Positions 20,341 through 32,767 of a stretch of DNA of 64,000 bases are shown here, piece after piece. Numbering within the stretch: position 1 is the stretch's first letter; every line of letters starts with the position of its first letter. Origin of the DNA: Alphaproteobacteria bacterium. Lineage in GTDB: Bacteria; Pseudomonadota; Alphaproteobacteria; UBA828. The notes under the pieces were generated by a model. That model searched no databases and had not been told where the DNA came from. It saw only the letters and a program-made list of their open reading frames with translations. The stretch is taken from the NCBI GenBank assembly GCA_965237415.1, contig CBDEFM010000002.1, forward strand, positions 2,272,001 to 2,336,000, written 5' to 3'. The translations under genes and the position numbers were made by a program.

Positions 20341-20908
20341 CAAGGGTTGCCGGGACCGGGAACAGCGCCGCGCCGCAACGCCGCCAGCACCGGTCGCGCG
20401 AGACGTCCCGGACCGAATGCGCCCCCGGCCACCGTTGCACCGGGGTTCGGGGTCATCGTCGGGCCATCGTCAAACCCCGTGCCTCACCGGCCATCCGGGC
20501 GCCGAACGACGGCCTAGCCGCCGCCCCTGATCGCAACACCCTTGCCGTACCATCCTCTGCCGTCTTACCAGCGCGCCGTCGCACGGAATTCGATCACCGC
20601 CCTGTTGAGCGCACGCTCCATCGCGCGCTCACCGTCAACGGGGGTCATCTCGTCTGTTCCAGCTGGCCGTGCCGATGTCTTGCCTTGTTCCGTCGCTTCA
20701 GCCGCTCCGAATGGCGGTCCGGAAAGCATCGGCGAATAGCCCCCTCAAGGCCGCCGGGACAGCTGCTCATTCCGCGCACTCGGTGTGGTATCCACGCGGG
20801 AACTTGCTGAACGTATTCGCGATATTCTCGCCGATGGTCTGAAGATTTCTAGATGTTTGTTTTTCTGGCCCTAGACGGAATTAAATTCGGGGATACGATC
20901 ATTATTTT

Positions 20909-21550
20909 GGCTCAATTCGCGAACCGTATGCATGGTCTGGCCATCGCCGCCTCGAGACAGGCTCTGGGCGATGGCTGATCGCCGAGTTCGATGAGATGGA
21001 ACCACCTGAGATAGCTGTCGAGGTACTTGGTGGCGATGCCGCGGAAGCCCCGCAGGAAGCCCTTGATCTGGCTGCGGCGGCTGTTGACCGTCTGGATGTG
21101 CAGGGCGCCGCGAACCCGCTCGCCGGCGGCGCCGTTGATGCTCTCGTGAGGGATGTCCAGCGCCGCTGCGACGGGCGGATGGCAGCGGCCGGCGTCGGAG
21201 ACGAGCAAGGCATCGCGGGCGACGACCGGCTCCAGCGCCTGCTTCACGCTGTCTGCGTTGAGGGCGGGCAAGGTGTGGCTGAGGGTCGCGCCGGCGCGAT
21301 CGGCGGCGACCAGGATCGGCACCTGCTCGCGCGAGAGGCCGCGTTTGCGGGCCTTGCCGCCGCGCCGGCGCGGCTTGCGATCCAGCTTCCGCTCCCCCTT
21401 CCGGCTCTCGAGAACGAAGGTCTCGTCCGCCTCGACGATCCCGGCAAGCCGGTCCGGCGCTTGGCGCACCGCCGCCAGGAAGCGGTGACGCCAGCGATGC
21501 GCCGTGCTCGGCGCAATCCCGCAGCGCTCGGCAGCCTCTCGGATCGTCTC
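20909..21550 (-). mobile_element. Second IS1595-family remnant (5'-truncated)
   Basis: VEADETF, LVSD, HIQTVN, FRGIATKYLDSYLRWF. Confidence 0.85.
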
Positions 21551-21763
21551 GCCTGTTGTTAGGCGTCGGCGCTTGACCCCCCAGATTCTCGGAACGTCAA
21601 TGGGTTAACATGCCTATCGGCGTTGAACACCCACGCCGAACAACACTCCTGCACGCCAAACCAAATTATCCAGCACTTCTCGGACTTGACCAGAAGAGCT
21701 CATCGTGTTCGTTGAGGCTAAGGGCGCCGCAGGACATTTTTAAAGCCGAGCCGAGCAAAGGTC

Positions 21764-24700
21764 ATGACCGCGCCTCGCACGACGGGAGGTGCGTCCATGC
21801 TGTTTAGCAACCCTCTCACGCCGCGCCCGCCATGCTGCGATATTCCGACACCCGGCACCGATCCGAAGTTCCACACGGCACGGCCTGCCGTGTCCGCTGC
21901 CGGGGAGGCTGGCGACCGTGGCGGTACCAGGCGCTGCGGAGGCTTCTCTCACTCCGTAGCCGCCCGTGCTTGGCGCCCGGCGGCGGAGCTGGTGTTTGCC
22001 TTCGCCGCACTGCTGGCCACATCGATGTCGGCGCTGGCGGCGACGCCCGTCACGCTCGTGTCGAACATCGACCAACCGGACAGTGCCCAATCTAGAGCAA
22101 TTCACGCGCAACCTTTTACCACCGGCCCTAATTCAGCCGGCTACGAGCTCACAAGCGTCGATGTCCAGCTAGGGGACCCCGTCCCTTCTGCCGGCGATAT
22201 CGTCGTCGAAATTCTTTCCCACAACAGTGGACCTGGATCAACGCTGGCCACACTGACCAATCCCACACCACTTACGAAGCAGTCTGCCAACACATTCACG
22301 GTGCCTGCCAACGACCAACTCACGCTCGACGCCGAGACGACCTATTACGTCCTAATCTACCACGCCGATGATGATGATGGCGGTGTTACCGTTATAGTTG
22401 ATGGTTTGGTGACTACACGGTTTGGTATCATTATAGATAGAACATATTCGAAGTCCGAGGACTCCGGCGCAGCAACGGGATGGAGCATCGGTAACCGCAG
22501 ATATTTTAAAGTCCGTTATGATGATTCATGGAGCGTCAGTATCATCCGTTTTGCCAGGATCGCGATCCGGGGAACCAGACTCTTATCCGACGACGCGACG
22601 CTGAGCGACCTGAGTCTGAGCCACGGATCGATTACGGTGCCACTCAATCGGGCCTTTGACGCGGCCACGACGCAGTACACCGCCTCGGTCGCGTACGGCG
22701 TGTCGTCGCTCACCGTGACGCCGACCACGAACGAGATGAACGCCACGGTGGGATAGTTCGACGCAAGCGACACCGACCTGGACGACGCCGACGCGAACAC
22801 CCCCAGCCATCAGGTGAATCTCGAACGGGGGTCGAACACCCTCAAGGTGAAGGTCACGGCCGACGACGGGAACACGACCGAGACCTACACCGTCGTCGTT
22901 ACCCGCGAGCCGCCGACCGTGCCCGAGGCGCCCGAAGGCTTCGGGGCGACACCGGTTTCCCCGACACAGATCTACCTGTACTGGACCGCGCCGTCGAACT
23001 TCGTCAACAGCGGCATTACCGGGTACCAGTACCGGATGAGCACCGACGGCGGGCACAACTGGAGGCGGCAGTGGCGGGACATCCATGGGTCCGGCAAACG
23101 CACGGACATCACCGAACACACGGTGCACTGGCTCGACAGCGCCAACGAATACACCTTCCAGGTGCGCGCGGAGAACGCTCTCGGCGGGGGCATCTCGGCA
23201 AGCGTCAAGGCGCGACCGGGCAAGCCAGCTGTCTCCCGGCCGAAGTTGACGATCGAGAAGGTGACAGGCAAGGACAACGTCAACGCGGGCAAGCGCGACG
23301 CCACCAAGCCCGTACAGCAGGGGTCGCTGGTGAACGGCGTCTTCGTGGGAAACGGCACTTACTGGGATTCGTGCCACGAGGACGCCTTCGCGCACTACCG
23401 GATCCGGGCCACCGGCGGGGACCATCTATGGCGGCCAGGCTCGCAGTTTCGGGGAGTCAGCGTCGGTGTCGAATATGTGCGGGCTGGAAGGAATAACGAG
23501 CGAAGCAGCGCCGGCGTTTCATCGAGCGTGACAGGCCTGGTGGGACGGAACGCCGAGTCCATCGTCCCCGGCAACCGGCACTGGGACCAGAAGACTTGTC
23601 GCGCTACACAGGGCGCCGACAGGCGACCGCTGATCATCCGGCTGGTTCCGGGAGAAGAGTACGACGTTGGCAGACCGCGCGCGATCTGCATCCGCGTCGA
23701 CCACGAAGACAACGGGACCGTCGTCACCGGAACGCCCTGCCCGAACGTATTGGAGGAGAACGCCGCCGACCCGCTGCCCGTGATGACGGTCAGCGACGCG
23801 AGCGCGAACGAGGAGAACGGGAGCATCGGCTTCCCGGTGAGCCTCGATAAGCCGGCCGCGGGGACGGTGACGGTGGACTACCGGACCGAGAACGTCACTG
23901 CGACAGCGCCGGGCGACTACACGCAAACGAGCGGGACGCTCACCTTCGATCCGGGCGAAACGCGGGAGATCGTCACGGTGCCGATCATCGACGATACGGT
24001 CACGGATAACGGGGAGACCTTCAAGCTGGTCCTCAGCAACGCCTCCGGAGCGGAGCTCGGGGACGCGGAGGCCGTGGGCACGATTCTCAACACCGAGACG
24101 GCAGTGCTGACGGGGTTCACGCTGGTGAACGCCGAGACCGGGAGCGACATCGGCGCAATCGACGACGGCGGCATGCTCACGCTCGACGATCCGGCGAACG
24201 GCAGCTTCGGGGTGCGCGCCGAGCCCGCGGCGGGCGCGGGGATCGGCAGCGTGCGCCTCGAGCTCTCGGGGGCGAAGACGGTCGCGCGCAACGAGAACCT
24301 CGTGCCCTACTCGCTCTACGGCCACGCCAACGGGCAGGTGCAGGGCGAGGGTCTCCCGGCGGGGAGCTACACGTTGCGCGCAACGGCCTACAACGAGGCG
24401 AACCTGCAAGGCGAGGAGCTGTGCACACTGGAGGTCGCGTTCACGGTGCTCGCGAGCACGGAGGTCGCGAGCACGGAGGTCGAGGAGCCGGGAGGACCGG
24501 CGGCGCTCACCGCGCGTTTCCTCGACGTCCCGCCCGCGCATGGCGGGCCGGAATCGGCGGCGTTCGTCTTCGAGCTGCGGTTCAGCGAGGCGCCGGCCCT
24601 GAGCTTCCGGGTGTTGCGCGACGAGTCCTTCGCGGTGACGGGGGGCGCGGTGAGGAAGGCGAAGCGCGTCGACGAGCGCGACGATCTGCGCGAGATCCAC

Positions 24701-26638
24701 GTCGAGCCATCGGGCTGGGGCGACGTGACGCTGACGCTCGCGGGCGGGCGCGCCTGCGGGACGACCGGCGCGATCTGCACGGCGGACGGGCGGGCGCTCT
24801 CGAACACGCTGACGACCACCGTCAAGGGTCCGGTGGCGCTGACGGTGGCGGATGTGCAGGTCGAGGAAGGCCCGGACGCGGTGCTGGCGTTCGAGGTCAC
24901 GCTCTCGCGGGCCGCCTCCGGGACGGTGACGGTGGACTATGCCACGTCGGACGGCAGCGCGGCGGCGGGGGCGGACTACACCGCCACCAGCGGCACGCTC
25001 ACCTTCGCGGCCGGCGAGACATCGAGGACGGTGAACGTCGCGGTGCTCGACGACGCCCATGACGAGGGCGAGGAGACACTGACGCTGACGCTCTCCAACC
25101 CGTCGGGGGCGTATCTGGCCGACGGCACGGCGACCGGCACGATCGAGAACACGGATGCGATGCCGAAGGCGTGGCTGGCGCGGTTCGGGCGCACGGTCTC
25201 GGGCCAGGTGCTGGATGCGGTCGAGGAACGTTTGCGGGCCTCGCGCACGGCCGGGGTGACGGTCCGGCTGGCCGGGCAGCCCATCGGCCTGACGGCGCCG
25301 CAGGATGCGAAGTCGGATGCGACGACAGAGGCGGAGAAGGAAAACCAGGCGCGCCTGGGCGTTTTGTCGGACTGGCTGCGCCAGGAGACGGAGGATCGCG
25401 AGCGGACCGGAATACAGTCGCGGACCCTGACGGCGCCCGAGGTGCTGATGGGATCGTCCTTCGCGCTGGCCGCGGAGACGGACAGCGGCGGTTCGGCCGC
25501 GGTCTGGGGCCGGATGGCGCGGTCGAGCTTCTCCGGCCGCGAAGCCGGGCTCAGCCTCGACGGCAACGTGACCACGGGCCTCCTGGGCGCGGACTATGCG
25601 CAGGGCCCCTGGACCGGCGGCGCGGTGCTGTCGCACAGCAGCGGCGAAGGCGGCTATAGCGGCGACGCCGCCGGCAAGGTCGAGGCCTCGATGACGGCGC
25701 TAACGCCGTGGGCGGGCTACAAGGTGACGGAGCGGCTGTCGGTCTGGGGCGCGCTGGGCTACGGCAAGGGCGGCCTTACCCTGACGCCGAAGAATCCACA
25801 GACGCAGAAGGACCAGCCGGCGCAGAAGACCGACATCGCCATGACGCTTGCCGCGGCCGGCGTGCGCGGAACCGTAGTGGACGGCGAAGGCCCGAAACTC
25901 GACGCGGTCGCGGATGCGCGCTGGGTCCGGACGACCTCGGAGAAGGTCACCGCGTCCGCCGAAAATGGCGGCAACCTTTCGGCGACGCAAGCGGACGTCA
26001 CGCGTCTGCGCCTCGGTCTCGAGGGCTCGTGGGCGGTGGCGCTCGACGACGAGGGGGCGACGATAACGCCGCGCCTGTCGTTCGGGGTGCGCCATGACGG
26101 CGGCGACGCGGAGACCGGGTTCGGCGTCGATATCGGCGGCGGCGTGACCCTGGCGATGCCGGCGCGCGGCCTCAGTGTCTCGCTGGAGGGCCGGGGTCTG
26201 CTGACCCACGAGGCGAAGGGGCTCAGGGACAGCGGCTTCGGCGGCACGATCGCCTGGGACCCGGCCCCGTCCTCGAACCGCGGCCTCTCGCTGTCGCTGC
26301 GCCAGAGCGTCGGCGGCTCGGCCACCGGCGGCAAGGACGCGCTGTTCTCGCGCGAGGTCATGGAGGGTCTGGCCGCCAACGGCAATGGCGGCAACCGGCG
26401 CCTGGAGGGCAGGATCGGCTACGGGCTGGCGGTATTCGGCGACCGGTTCACCGGCACGCCGGAGATCGGCTTCGGGCTGTCGGACGGCGGCCGCGACTAC
26501 AGCCTCGGCTGGCGCCTGACGCGCGAGGGCCGGGACGCCGGGTCGTTCGAGTTCTCGTTCGAAGCGACGCGGCGCGAGAGCGCCAACGACAACGATCCGG
26601 AGCACGGCATCGGCTTCCGGCTGACGGCGCGGTTCTAG
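21764..26638 (+). pseudogene. ~1600-aa adhesin autotransporter (cadherin-like, FN3, 2x Calx-beta, beta-barrel) with one in-frame TAG at 22754-22756
   Basis: ORFs 21764-22756 and 22814-26638 share a frame; DATLSDL/VTADDG cadherin-like, WTAP..GYQY FN3, DYT..SGTLTF Calx-beta, terminal F. Confidence 0.85.
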
Positions 26639-26689
26639 GCGCTCGGGGACGGCAGCGGCGCGCCGGTTGCGGACCGGGTTCCGGGGGAC

Positions 26690-26860
26690 ATGGGCGCCGG
26701 GAACGGTATCTGGGCGTGGCAGATCCTCCGCTGCCGGGAAGATTACCTGGCGGCATGGGCGGGTCGCACGGCCCTGCCCCGGTACGAGCATGCGCCGTTT
26801 CCGGTGCGGGTGCAGTCGACGCGCGATCTCGCCGCGGCGCACTTCGTTCCACGCCGGTGC
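26690..26860 (+). pseudogene. Degenerate ICE regulator-like fragment (WAWxxLRxxxDY)
   Basis: IWAWQILRCREDY resembles the DUF6499-type motif; remainder degenerate. Confidence 0.35.
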
Positions 26861-27280
26861 AGGCCCGCTGCGACGGCGTTCCCCCGCCGTGCGGTTCACC
26901 GCGCGGCGGACGCTGCCGCTCAAGCGCCGCTCGGGCTAACTGCCGGATACGAAACGGTTTGCATCGCCCGGTCGCTTGATTGGACAGGAAGCGGGATGGG
27001 GACGCCCTGCGGCGTTTTTTCTCACACCCGACGCATCCGAGATGCTATCGACAACGGCAAGTGACGGCGTGCATCCTCCCATAAATACCCTTTCTTTTCA
27101 GACACTTATCCCCGGCCATTGCCGTCCGCTCGTTTCCCTTTCGAATGCTTAACCCATTTCACCGTCAGGACACGACCCTAGTCCGACTTGTGCGGAGCCA
27201 GCAAGCACGAAAATCCTGCGAACCGTCTCAGCATCCACGATTCACCACCGGAGAACTCATCTGTAGGGCCGTCGCAGCAT

Positions 27281-27688
27281 CTATGTTGCAGGACTGCCGA
27301 ACCTGTGCCACGCATCTTCATATTTTTCTATACATTCCCTCTTTATATGTGGAAACTTACCGTCCAAGGATGCAAGCTCGTTTACTTTTTTGCTCGGCAC
27401 TACATAATGTTTGATAACTTCTCCTTTCTTAAGTTGAGCATATCTGACGAACACATATATATGCGTTCTTGATGTCTTTACTCCGTTCTTCCCAAGCAAC
27501 CAAAAGCTGCCGCCTTTGTCTGTTTTTACCTGCACAGTATAAACGTTTTGACATTCCTGATCGGTTACCAACAGGTCTGCGCCTTCTGCTCCCCGTGATG
27601 TTGGCGAAACAATAAATCCACGTTTGCTTAGCTCGGCGGCGGTGAGATAAACGCCCGTCATGCCCGATATAATCGCGTTCTTTGCCAT
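27281..27688 (-). CDS. Putative PD-(D/E)XK-fold nuclease, low GC
   Basis: ELSKRGF...ADLLV...VQVKT pattern; 135 aa. Confidence 0.6.
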   Translation of the reverse strand: MAKNAIISGMTGVYLTAAELSKRGFIVSPTSRGAEGADLLVTDQECQNVYTVQVKTDKGGSFWLLGKNGVKTSRTHIYVFVRYAQLKKGEVIKHYVVPSKKVNELASLDGKFPHIKRECIEKYEDAWHRFGSPAT

Positions 27689-27785
27689 AAAACCGTCTTT
27701 CTCCCTGATGGGACGATAGCGAAGAAACCGGGCCAATATCGCTGAGATGATGTCAGCCCGGTCTCAATTCGACTACCGCCTGTCA

Positions 27786-27968
27786 TCATCCCTTGAACCA
27801 CGAAGGCGGTTTCGACCAAGCCGTCGGGGAACTGATCCAGCTTTTCACTTTTCCACCAAGGCGCATCTCAATCATCTTCTTTGCCTCGCTCGAACTGCTC
27901 GCCTCGACCTTGATGTGTTGGGCCGTTGATGTTCCCTCGATCTTTGCGCGCGCATAGAATGTTGCCAT
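27786..27968 (-). CDS. Small hypothetical protein (60 aa)
   Basis: SD GAGG before ATG 27968; protein-like composition. Confidence 0.55.
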   Translation of the reverse strand: MATFYARAKIEGTSTAQHIKVEASSSSEAKKMIEMRLGGKVKSWISSPTAWSKPPSWFKG

Positions 27969-28198
27969 CGTTCGCTTCCTCAAACTGGTTGCAGTCACGG
28001 AAGTATACACGTCGCCAGAGCATGGCAATAACCGCACAGCTAGCACCTTCGGTGATAGGGCGCCGGTGCCAGCGCCAGGCCCGGTGGTCCCCCAAATCCC
28101 ATCCCTGCTGTTCATCTTGTCTCGGACATGCGTATCTGGCGTACGCTTGAAGACAGTCCTGATAGAGATACTCGAATAGCGACGATGACGCCCTTCGA

Positions 28199-29359
28199 CT
28201 ACTCCGAGACTTCCAATTTTTGCCGCAATGCTACTGCCACCCGCTCAGCGGCTTGACTCAGGGTCGCGTCGTCGAGGTGTACGTAGCGGTTGGTCGTGGA
28301 CGCGCGCCGATGCCCGAGCAAGCGCCCCGCGACATGTAGGCTCTCGCCGTTCATGACCGCGTGCGAGGCGTGCGCATGGCGCAGGTCGTGAAGCCGCGCA
28401 TCCGCCACGATCCCAGCCGCGTTGCGCGTCTTGATCCAGAACATCCACAGGTCATTCGTACTCAACGGCCCGTTCCCCTTGTCGCCCGGAAACACCCAGT
28501 CGCCGGACGCCGTTTCGGCGAGGCCGTTCAGCAGCTCCCGCGCCGCCTCGCCGAGCAGAACGTGCCTCGGCCCGGTCTTCGTGTCGCTCAGGGTCAAGCG
28601 ATCAGGCTTGACCTCGCGCCAGCGCAGGCGGCGTATCTCGCCCGGCCTGCACCCGGTCAGCAGGAGCAGGCGCACCGCCGCGACGCACATCGGGTTCTCC
28701 TCTTCGTGCTGGCGCAGGACCGCGCCGAGCCTCGCAAGGTCGTCCGCGCCGAGCAGCCGCCCGCGCGGCGGTCGCCGGTAGCGGACGATGCCCGTGCACG
28801 GGTTCCCGGCGGCTTCGGGCCGATGGCCCCAGGCGATGGCGTAGTCGAACATGTTGCGCAGTATGTCATGACTTCGATTCGCGCCGCCCGGCTTTCTGCG
28901 TCCGTACTCGTGGAAGAAGCGGGCGATATCGGCGCGCACGACCGAGCCGACGCGCAGATGGCCGAGCGCGGGCAGGATGGCGCTGTTGAGATAGCTCATG
29001 GTGGCCTTCACCGTTGACGGCTTCCACGATGGCGAGCGCCGCTCGACGTATTCGGCGGCGAGCTTCGTCAGCGTCGGGCCGGAAGCGGGAAGGGGCACGG
29101 GACTCCCGCCGCCCTTCTCGCGCGCGAGGAACGCAAGCGCGGCGGCCCGCGCCTGGTCGGCCTTCACCGCGTCCGGCTTGCCGAGCGTGACCCGGCGCGG
29201 CTTGCCGTCGCGCCGGAAGCGGAACACCCAGGACCGCGCGTCGTTCGGCTGGACGCGGAGCATGAAGCCTTGCAGGGCGGTATCGTGGACCGCGTATTCT
29301 CGTTCGCGCGGTCGGGTAGCGAGCGCGAGCGTATCGGTCAGGCGGGCGCGCTCGGTCAT
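28199..29359 (-). CDS. Tyrosine recombinase (arm-binding type), second of tandem pair
   Basis: TGCRPGE, HDLRH, LLGH, Y; ATGA overlap with upstream integrase. Confidence 0.9.
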   Translation of the reverse strand: MTERARLTDTLALATRPREREYAVHDTALQGFMLRVQPNDARSWVFRFRRDGKPRRVTLGKPDAVKADQARAAALAFLAREKGGGSPVPLPASGPTLTKLAAEYVERRSPSWKPSTVKATMSYLNSAILPALGHLRVGSVVRADIARFFHEYGRRKPGGANRSHDILRNMFDYAIAWGHRPEAAGNPCTGIVRYRRPPRGRLLGADDLARLGAVLRQHEEENPMCVAAVRLLLLTGCRPGEIRRLRWREVKPDRLTLSDTKTGPRHVLLGEAARELLNGLAETASGDWVFPGDKGNGPLSTNDLWMFWIKTRNAAGIVADARLHDLRHAHASHAVMNGESLHVAGRLLGHRRASTTNRYVHLDDATLSQAAERVAVALRQKLEVSE

Positions 29360-30498
29360 CGGCCCGCCTCCCCGCCGTCGAGCATGTCGGCAAGACCGCG
29401 CGAGACCCGGTTGGCCGCCTCGAACACGGAACCCTCGGCAAGGTGCGCATAGCCGAAGGTGGTCGCGATGTCGGCATGGCCGAGCAGCCCGGCGACGACG
29501 CGCAGGCCCTCGCCGCCGTTGACCGCGACCGCCGCATGCGAATGCCGGAGATCGTGAATGCGTAGCGTCGGCAGTCCCGCCGCTCCGCGGATCGCGTTCC
29601 ATTCCTTGTCCACTGTCGCAGGCCCGCCGCAAGGCGACGCGAACACCCAGGGGCAAATCGTGCGTCGCTGCCGCGCCGTGAGGACGGCGCGGGCGGGCGC
29701 CGCGAGCCAGATCGTGCGGGGACCGGTCTTGCTGTCCGGCAGTACCGCGCGGTCGCCGTGCAGATGCTCCCACTTGAGCCGCAGCGCCTCGGACTTGCGC
29801 GCGCCGGTGTAGAGCAGGAAGCGCAGCGCGGCGACGGCGACCGGGTGATCCGCTGCCGCGCCGTCGAGCGCCCGACCGAGCGCCGCAAACTCGTCATCCG
29901 TCAGGTAGTGCGCCTCGAAGCCCGTCTTGCGCCGTCGCAGTCCCCGGCACGGGTTGGAGTCCTCGCGCCGCAGTCCGAGCGCTTCCGCGTGCTTCATCAT
30001 CGACGACAGCACCGCTAGCGCCCGGTTCGCCGATCCCGTCCGCGTGACCGAGAGATCGTCGAACCAGTTGCGCACGTCCTTAGAGGTAACCGCATCGACG
30101 CGCCGATCGCCGAACGCGGGCAGTATGAACCGCTGCACGCCGTCCGCGTGCGCTCGCCTCGTTGCGGGCTTCCAGCGTTCGGCGCAGTCGGCGAGGAACG
30201 CCGGCGCGAAATTCCGAACCGTCGGGACCGTCGCCGGTGCGCGGCTCGCCTCAACATCGGCGAACAGCACTCGTGCCGCGTGCCGTGCGTCCTCGACTGT
30301 CAGCGCGTCGAGCGTACCGAGCGTCCGCTTGACGACGGAGCCGTTGCAGCGCCGGTGCACGATCCATGTCTTGCGTCCGTTCGGTCGCACCCGCAGTCCG
30401 AGCCCCGGTGCCGCGCTGTCCCACAGCACGGCCTCGCGTCCGTCCACAGGCACGAAGGCACGCGCCCGTGCCTCGGTGATCTTCGTCTTGTTCGCCAT
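29356..30498 (-). CDS. Tyrosine recombinase (arm-binding type), first of tandem pair
   Basis: WDSAAPGLGLRV, TGARKSE, HDLRH, LLGH, Y. Confidence 0.9.
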   Translation of the reverse strand: MANKTKITEARARAFVPVDGREAVLWDSAAPGLGLRVRPNGRKTWIVHRRCNGSVVKRTLGTLDALTVEDARHAARVLFADVEASRAPATVPTVRNFAPAFLADCAERWKPATRRAHADGVQRFILPAFGDRRVDAVTSKDVRNWFDDLSVTRTGSANRALAVLSSMMKHAEALGLRREDSNPCRGLRRRKTGFEAHYLTDDEFAALGRALDGAAADHPVAVAALRFLLYTGARKSEALRLKWEHLHGDRAVLPDSKTGPRTIWLAAPARAVLTARQRRTICPWVFASPCGGPATVDKEWNAIRGAAGLPTLRIHDLRHSHAAVAVNGGEGLRVVAGLLGHADIATTFGYAHLAEGSVFEAANRVSRGLADMLDGGEAGR

Positions 30499-30845
30499 GT
30501 TCCGATCCCTTCCGTTCGTTTCGGTCGCGACCGGCGCGGCGCGGGCGTCCCCGTGTTGGGGAACACCCAGGACACGCCGGGTAACGGCGTCGGGTTCGAA
30601 GGTTGGAAGGGTCGGAAGGGCCGCGCTCAAACGCCGCGCGGGCTGCAAGCCCTTGTGGCTACCGGACTTTCAGCACATCGCGGATGCGTTGACGGGTTGT
30701 GATTTTCTACGCCCTGCGGCGCGGTTTCATCACACCCGACGCATCTCCGATGCAGCGCGCGCAAGGCTGCATTTGCGCCGCCTCCGGTGCCCCTGCGTAT
30801 GATCTTGCGCACCCCTGTCACCGCTTGTCGGCAGCTTCGTCGCCC

Positions 30846-30940
30846 GGCACGAGGGCGAGAGCGGGATCGTCTACTGCCTGTCTCGCCGGAAGACGGAGGA
30901 GACCGCCGCCATGCTGGCGGCGGACGGGGTCCGCGCGCTC
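30846..30940 (+). pseudogene. RecQ helicase micro-fragment
   Basis: Manual translation: [32 protein letters not shown] (RecQ motif IV). Confidence 0.65.
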
Positions 30941-31100
30941 TCAACGAGACGGCCCTCGGGGTGCGGAGGGATCTGGCTTTTCACATCCACTACGACAGAG
31001 CGCGGGCTAAGGGGAGTCGTTGAGATGACGCTCTGAAACGGCGCGATGGCACTCGGGGAGGAAGAGCATTCCACGAGGTCACTCAGCGTCAGGTATTTAG

Positions 31101-32713
31101 CCCGCTTTATTCGGCGCGGTCCGATGTTGCAGTGGCGGACATGGCGTAAGTCGTTGAGATTGGGTAGAAAGTCGGTGCGAAACGCATTTCTTCCCAGACA
31201 ACGAAAGCGCCACGCCCGCCATGACCGAAGATACCCTTCTCCCGTTCGATCTTCCAGCCGTTCGACGCAAGAAGGTGACCGCCGATTTCGAGGGCGGGCT
31301 GATCTCGTCCGACGGCGGGCTGGTCCTGTTGCGCGGGGCCGAACGCCGGCTCGGCCTGGCCGAGACGCTGGCGGGCTGCATCCGGGAGTGGCGGGACCCG
31401 GCGCTGGTGGTGCATACACTCCCGGCGATGCTGCGCTTCCGCATGTTCGCGATCGCGTGTGGCTACGAAGATGCCGACGACTGCGACGCCCTGCGCACCG
31501 ATCCCCTCTTCAAGCTGGCCGTGGGCCAGTCGCCGGAGAGCGGCCGCGCCCTGTGCTCGCAGCCGACCATGAGCCGTCTGGAGAACGCGCCCTCGCGGCT
31601 TGAGGTGGCGCGCATGACGGCGGCGCTGGTCGATCTCTTCTGCCGCTCCTTCCCGACCCCTCCCGCGGCCATCACCCTCGACATCGACGACACCTGCGAT
31701 CCGGTGCACGGTCACCAGCAGATGTCGCTGTTCCACGCCCACTACGACACCCGCTGCTTCCTGCCGGTCCACGTCTACCATGTGGAGAGCGGCAAGCCGG
31801 TGGCGGTGCTCCTGCGCCCGGGCAAGACGCCGTCCGGCGCCGAGGTCCGCACCCTCCTCAAGCACCTGGTCCGCCGCATCCGCCGGCACTGGCCGCGCAC
31901 CCGGCTCACCTTCCGGGGAGACGCCCACTATGGCCGGAGGCAGGCCATGACATGGTGCGAGGACAACGGCGTCGACTACATCTTCGGCCTGTCGGGCAAT
32001 CCCGTGCTGCACCGCCTTGCATACGAGGTCGCCGACGACCTCAGGGTGCGCCGCGCCGAGGCCGGCGCGGACAGGATGCGGGGCTTCGCCGCGTTCGCCT
32101 ACGCCGCCCGCTCCTGGAGCCGCCAGCGCCGGGTCGTCGCCCGGCTGGAGGCGACCGCGCGGGGCTTCGACGCCCGCTACATCGTCACCTCGCTCGGCGG
32201 AGACGCCCGCCATCTCTACGAAGATATCTACTGCGCCCGCGGCCAGGCCGAGAACCTCATCAAGCTGCACAAGGGCCAGCTCGCGTCGGACCGCACCTCC
32301 TGCCAGAGCCCGCTCGCCAACCAGTTCCGCCTCGTCCTGCACACCGCGGCCTACTGGCTGATGCTCGCCCTCCGCGATGCCGTGCCCCGCAGGATGCCGC
32401 TCGCCTGGGCCGAGTTCGCGACCCTCAGGGCGCGCCTGCTCAAGATCGGCGCCCGCGTCGTCGAGAGGGCCGCCCGCATCCGCATCCACTTCGCTTCGGC
32501 CTGTCCGGACGCCGCCCTGTTCCGCCTGCTGGCGGGGCGCCTCGCGGCCTCGGGCCCCTGATCGCCGGGGCGCCGTGCCCCGAGAACCCGAGCCCGTTCA
32601 ACCCCAAACCCAGACACCGCCAACCTCAAATACCGACGCCCCAAGGCGCCGAACACAAAGCCATGCGCGCATAAAATCAACCGATAAACTCCGCCTCCGA
32701 TGAATAGGTCAGG
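31101..32713 (+). mobile_element. IS1380-family element A (transposase 31221-32561)
   Basis: SSDGG, LDIDDT, RGDAHY, YCARGQAEN; ends CCCGCTTTATTC / CCTGACCTATTC; flanks TTAG and CTAG. Confidence 0.92.
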
Positions 32714-32767
32714 CTAGTCAGGGGCTGGCTTGAACCGTGGCTGCGCCCTCCCTTCGCTCAACATGGG

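Larger units (their letters stand above)
27002..30753. mobile_element. Dual tyrosine-recombinase unit flanked by ~45-bp imperfect direct repeats (27002-27045, 30709-30753)
   Basis: ACGCCCTGCGGCG-N7/8-TCACACCCGACGCATC-N3-GATGC at both ends; encloses two integrases and low-GC cargo. Confidence 0.65.
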
